Positions 62,761 through 64,000 of a stretch of DNA of 64,000 nt are shown here, piece after piece (position 1 is the stretch's first letter; each line of letters opens with the position of its first letter). Made by a program: the position numbers and the translations under genes. Under the pieces are notes generated by a model. That model was not told the origin of the DNA. It did no database searches and saw only the letters and a list, made by a program, of their open reading frames with translations. The DNA is taken from the NCBI GenBank assembly GCA_026914245.1, contig CP110440.1, positions 2,728,001-2,792,000 of the forward strand, read 5' to 3'. Origin of the DNA: Puccinia triticina. Taxonomy: Eukaryota.

Positions 62761-64000
62761 AGTACCGCAGCAATTCAAAACGTTACCCTTTCCACACCTC
62801 ATTGGTGACTTGAAAATCATTCAACAGTATCCACAAATCTTAGCGCTGGACCCTGAAACTCAACATGTTAGTTCTCCTTCAACATCAACTCAACAATCTA
62901 AGCTGACCACATTTCAAAGTCCTCCCTGTTTGTTTGCCAATTTGAATCTGTTCAAAGCCATCCACCTGCGTTGGAACTCAACAACACTTACCATGTTCAA
63001 GCTCACATCACCAAAACTAGGGACGGGATAATTCAGCTCCAAGTCAGTCAGCACCATAATCATAATTCACTTTTTGCCCAGCAATAACTCATTAAATTTC
63101 CTCTCTTTTCAGATTAATCACCTATTTGACTACAAACTTTGTCTTCACATCAGTTGCAAAAGTCCTACAAGAGCTTAAATCATAGTACTACAACTCTTAA
63201 ACCATTATTTGAACACGCTTCCCAATCTTTCACAATTGTAAACTTTATTTCATCATTGTGGAATCACAACTTTGCCGCTTTTTGGAATCGTCTACTACTT
63301 GAAATATTTGTGTCGTCAGATCATAGACAGTAATCTGACTCATGAGCTTCTCCTGCATAAAATTCACGCAGGAGCGCGGCCTCAACTGGAAATTATAATC
63401 TTCCCGTTAAACACCCACAATTCATAATGAAACCTGAGTCACACACGTAACCGCAAAATAATTGCTCTGCAATTGTTTCATTGCTCTTCTTCCCAAATCA
63501 TGCATGATGAACTGAGCATATGACCTTGGCAAACCAATGACAATCACCAATGCGTGATTTGCTCAGGCAATACTATTCAGTTGCATTGTCGTGGTAGGAT
63601 ACTTTACGTATCCCAGGCTTCAAGTCTTAATTCAGAAGAACACCACTGACTCAAAACTCACAAAATCAAATCCATCGTATACTCAAAAATAGACAAAATA
63701 CTTGCTAAACATAGCCGACCGCTTGGACATGCAGCCATAAGTATTTCGCAGTGAAATTCTACTATTGCCATGATTCCGGATTCTCCGTTGGAAACAGAAA
63801 AATTCCGCTACTTAAACCGCCTCTCGCACTTCATGCTTCTGCATGTATCTTGGTGTCATCCTCTAGGCACGTTGGGTTTCCCTTCTCCAGCTCAGAAAAA
63901 CATTACAACACTAAAACGCAATCGATGAAATTGTATATCCAAAACCAGCACAGGCAATCCTCAAGCGGATTGACAACATGGACATAGAAAGTTCTTAAAC

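Overview
Eukaryotic, intron-rich and TE-dense DNA, most consistent with a rust fungus (Pucciniales, probably Puccinia). This is an inference from gene style, small secreted proteins and TE content. The left ~27 kb holds two conserved genes: an Ariadne RBR E3 ligase (minus strand) and a GC-rich BCAS3/Atg18-like WD40 gene (plus strand). It also holds several candidate secreted effectors: a tandem pair of 82-aa peptides each preceded by a tRNA-like A/B-box head, a 151-aa Cys/His-rich protein, a spliced protein with KR sites and FPALGG motifs, and a probably pseudogenised RING-H2 gene with a signal-like N-terminus. Many MITEs lie between them (Transib-like, PIF/Harbinger, hAT and a 7-bp-TSD class). 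The right ~35 kb is nested TEs. A hAT element contains a non-autonomous Helitron that carries a palindromic minisatellite. There is also a foldback element and a Copia pol remnant split by a solo LTR. A Gypsy-type gag is split twice at GCGG by related TGTGG...CCACA elements. The second of these contains an ~11.9-kb Helitron with a decayed Rep/Pif1 helicase and an intact OB-fold-like/AT-hook accessory gene. Exon boundaries and TSDs were read by eye and no database search was run.
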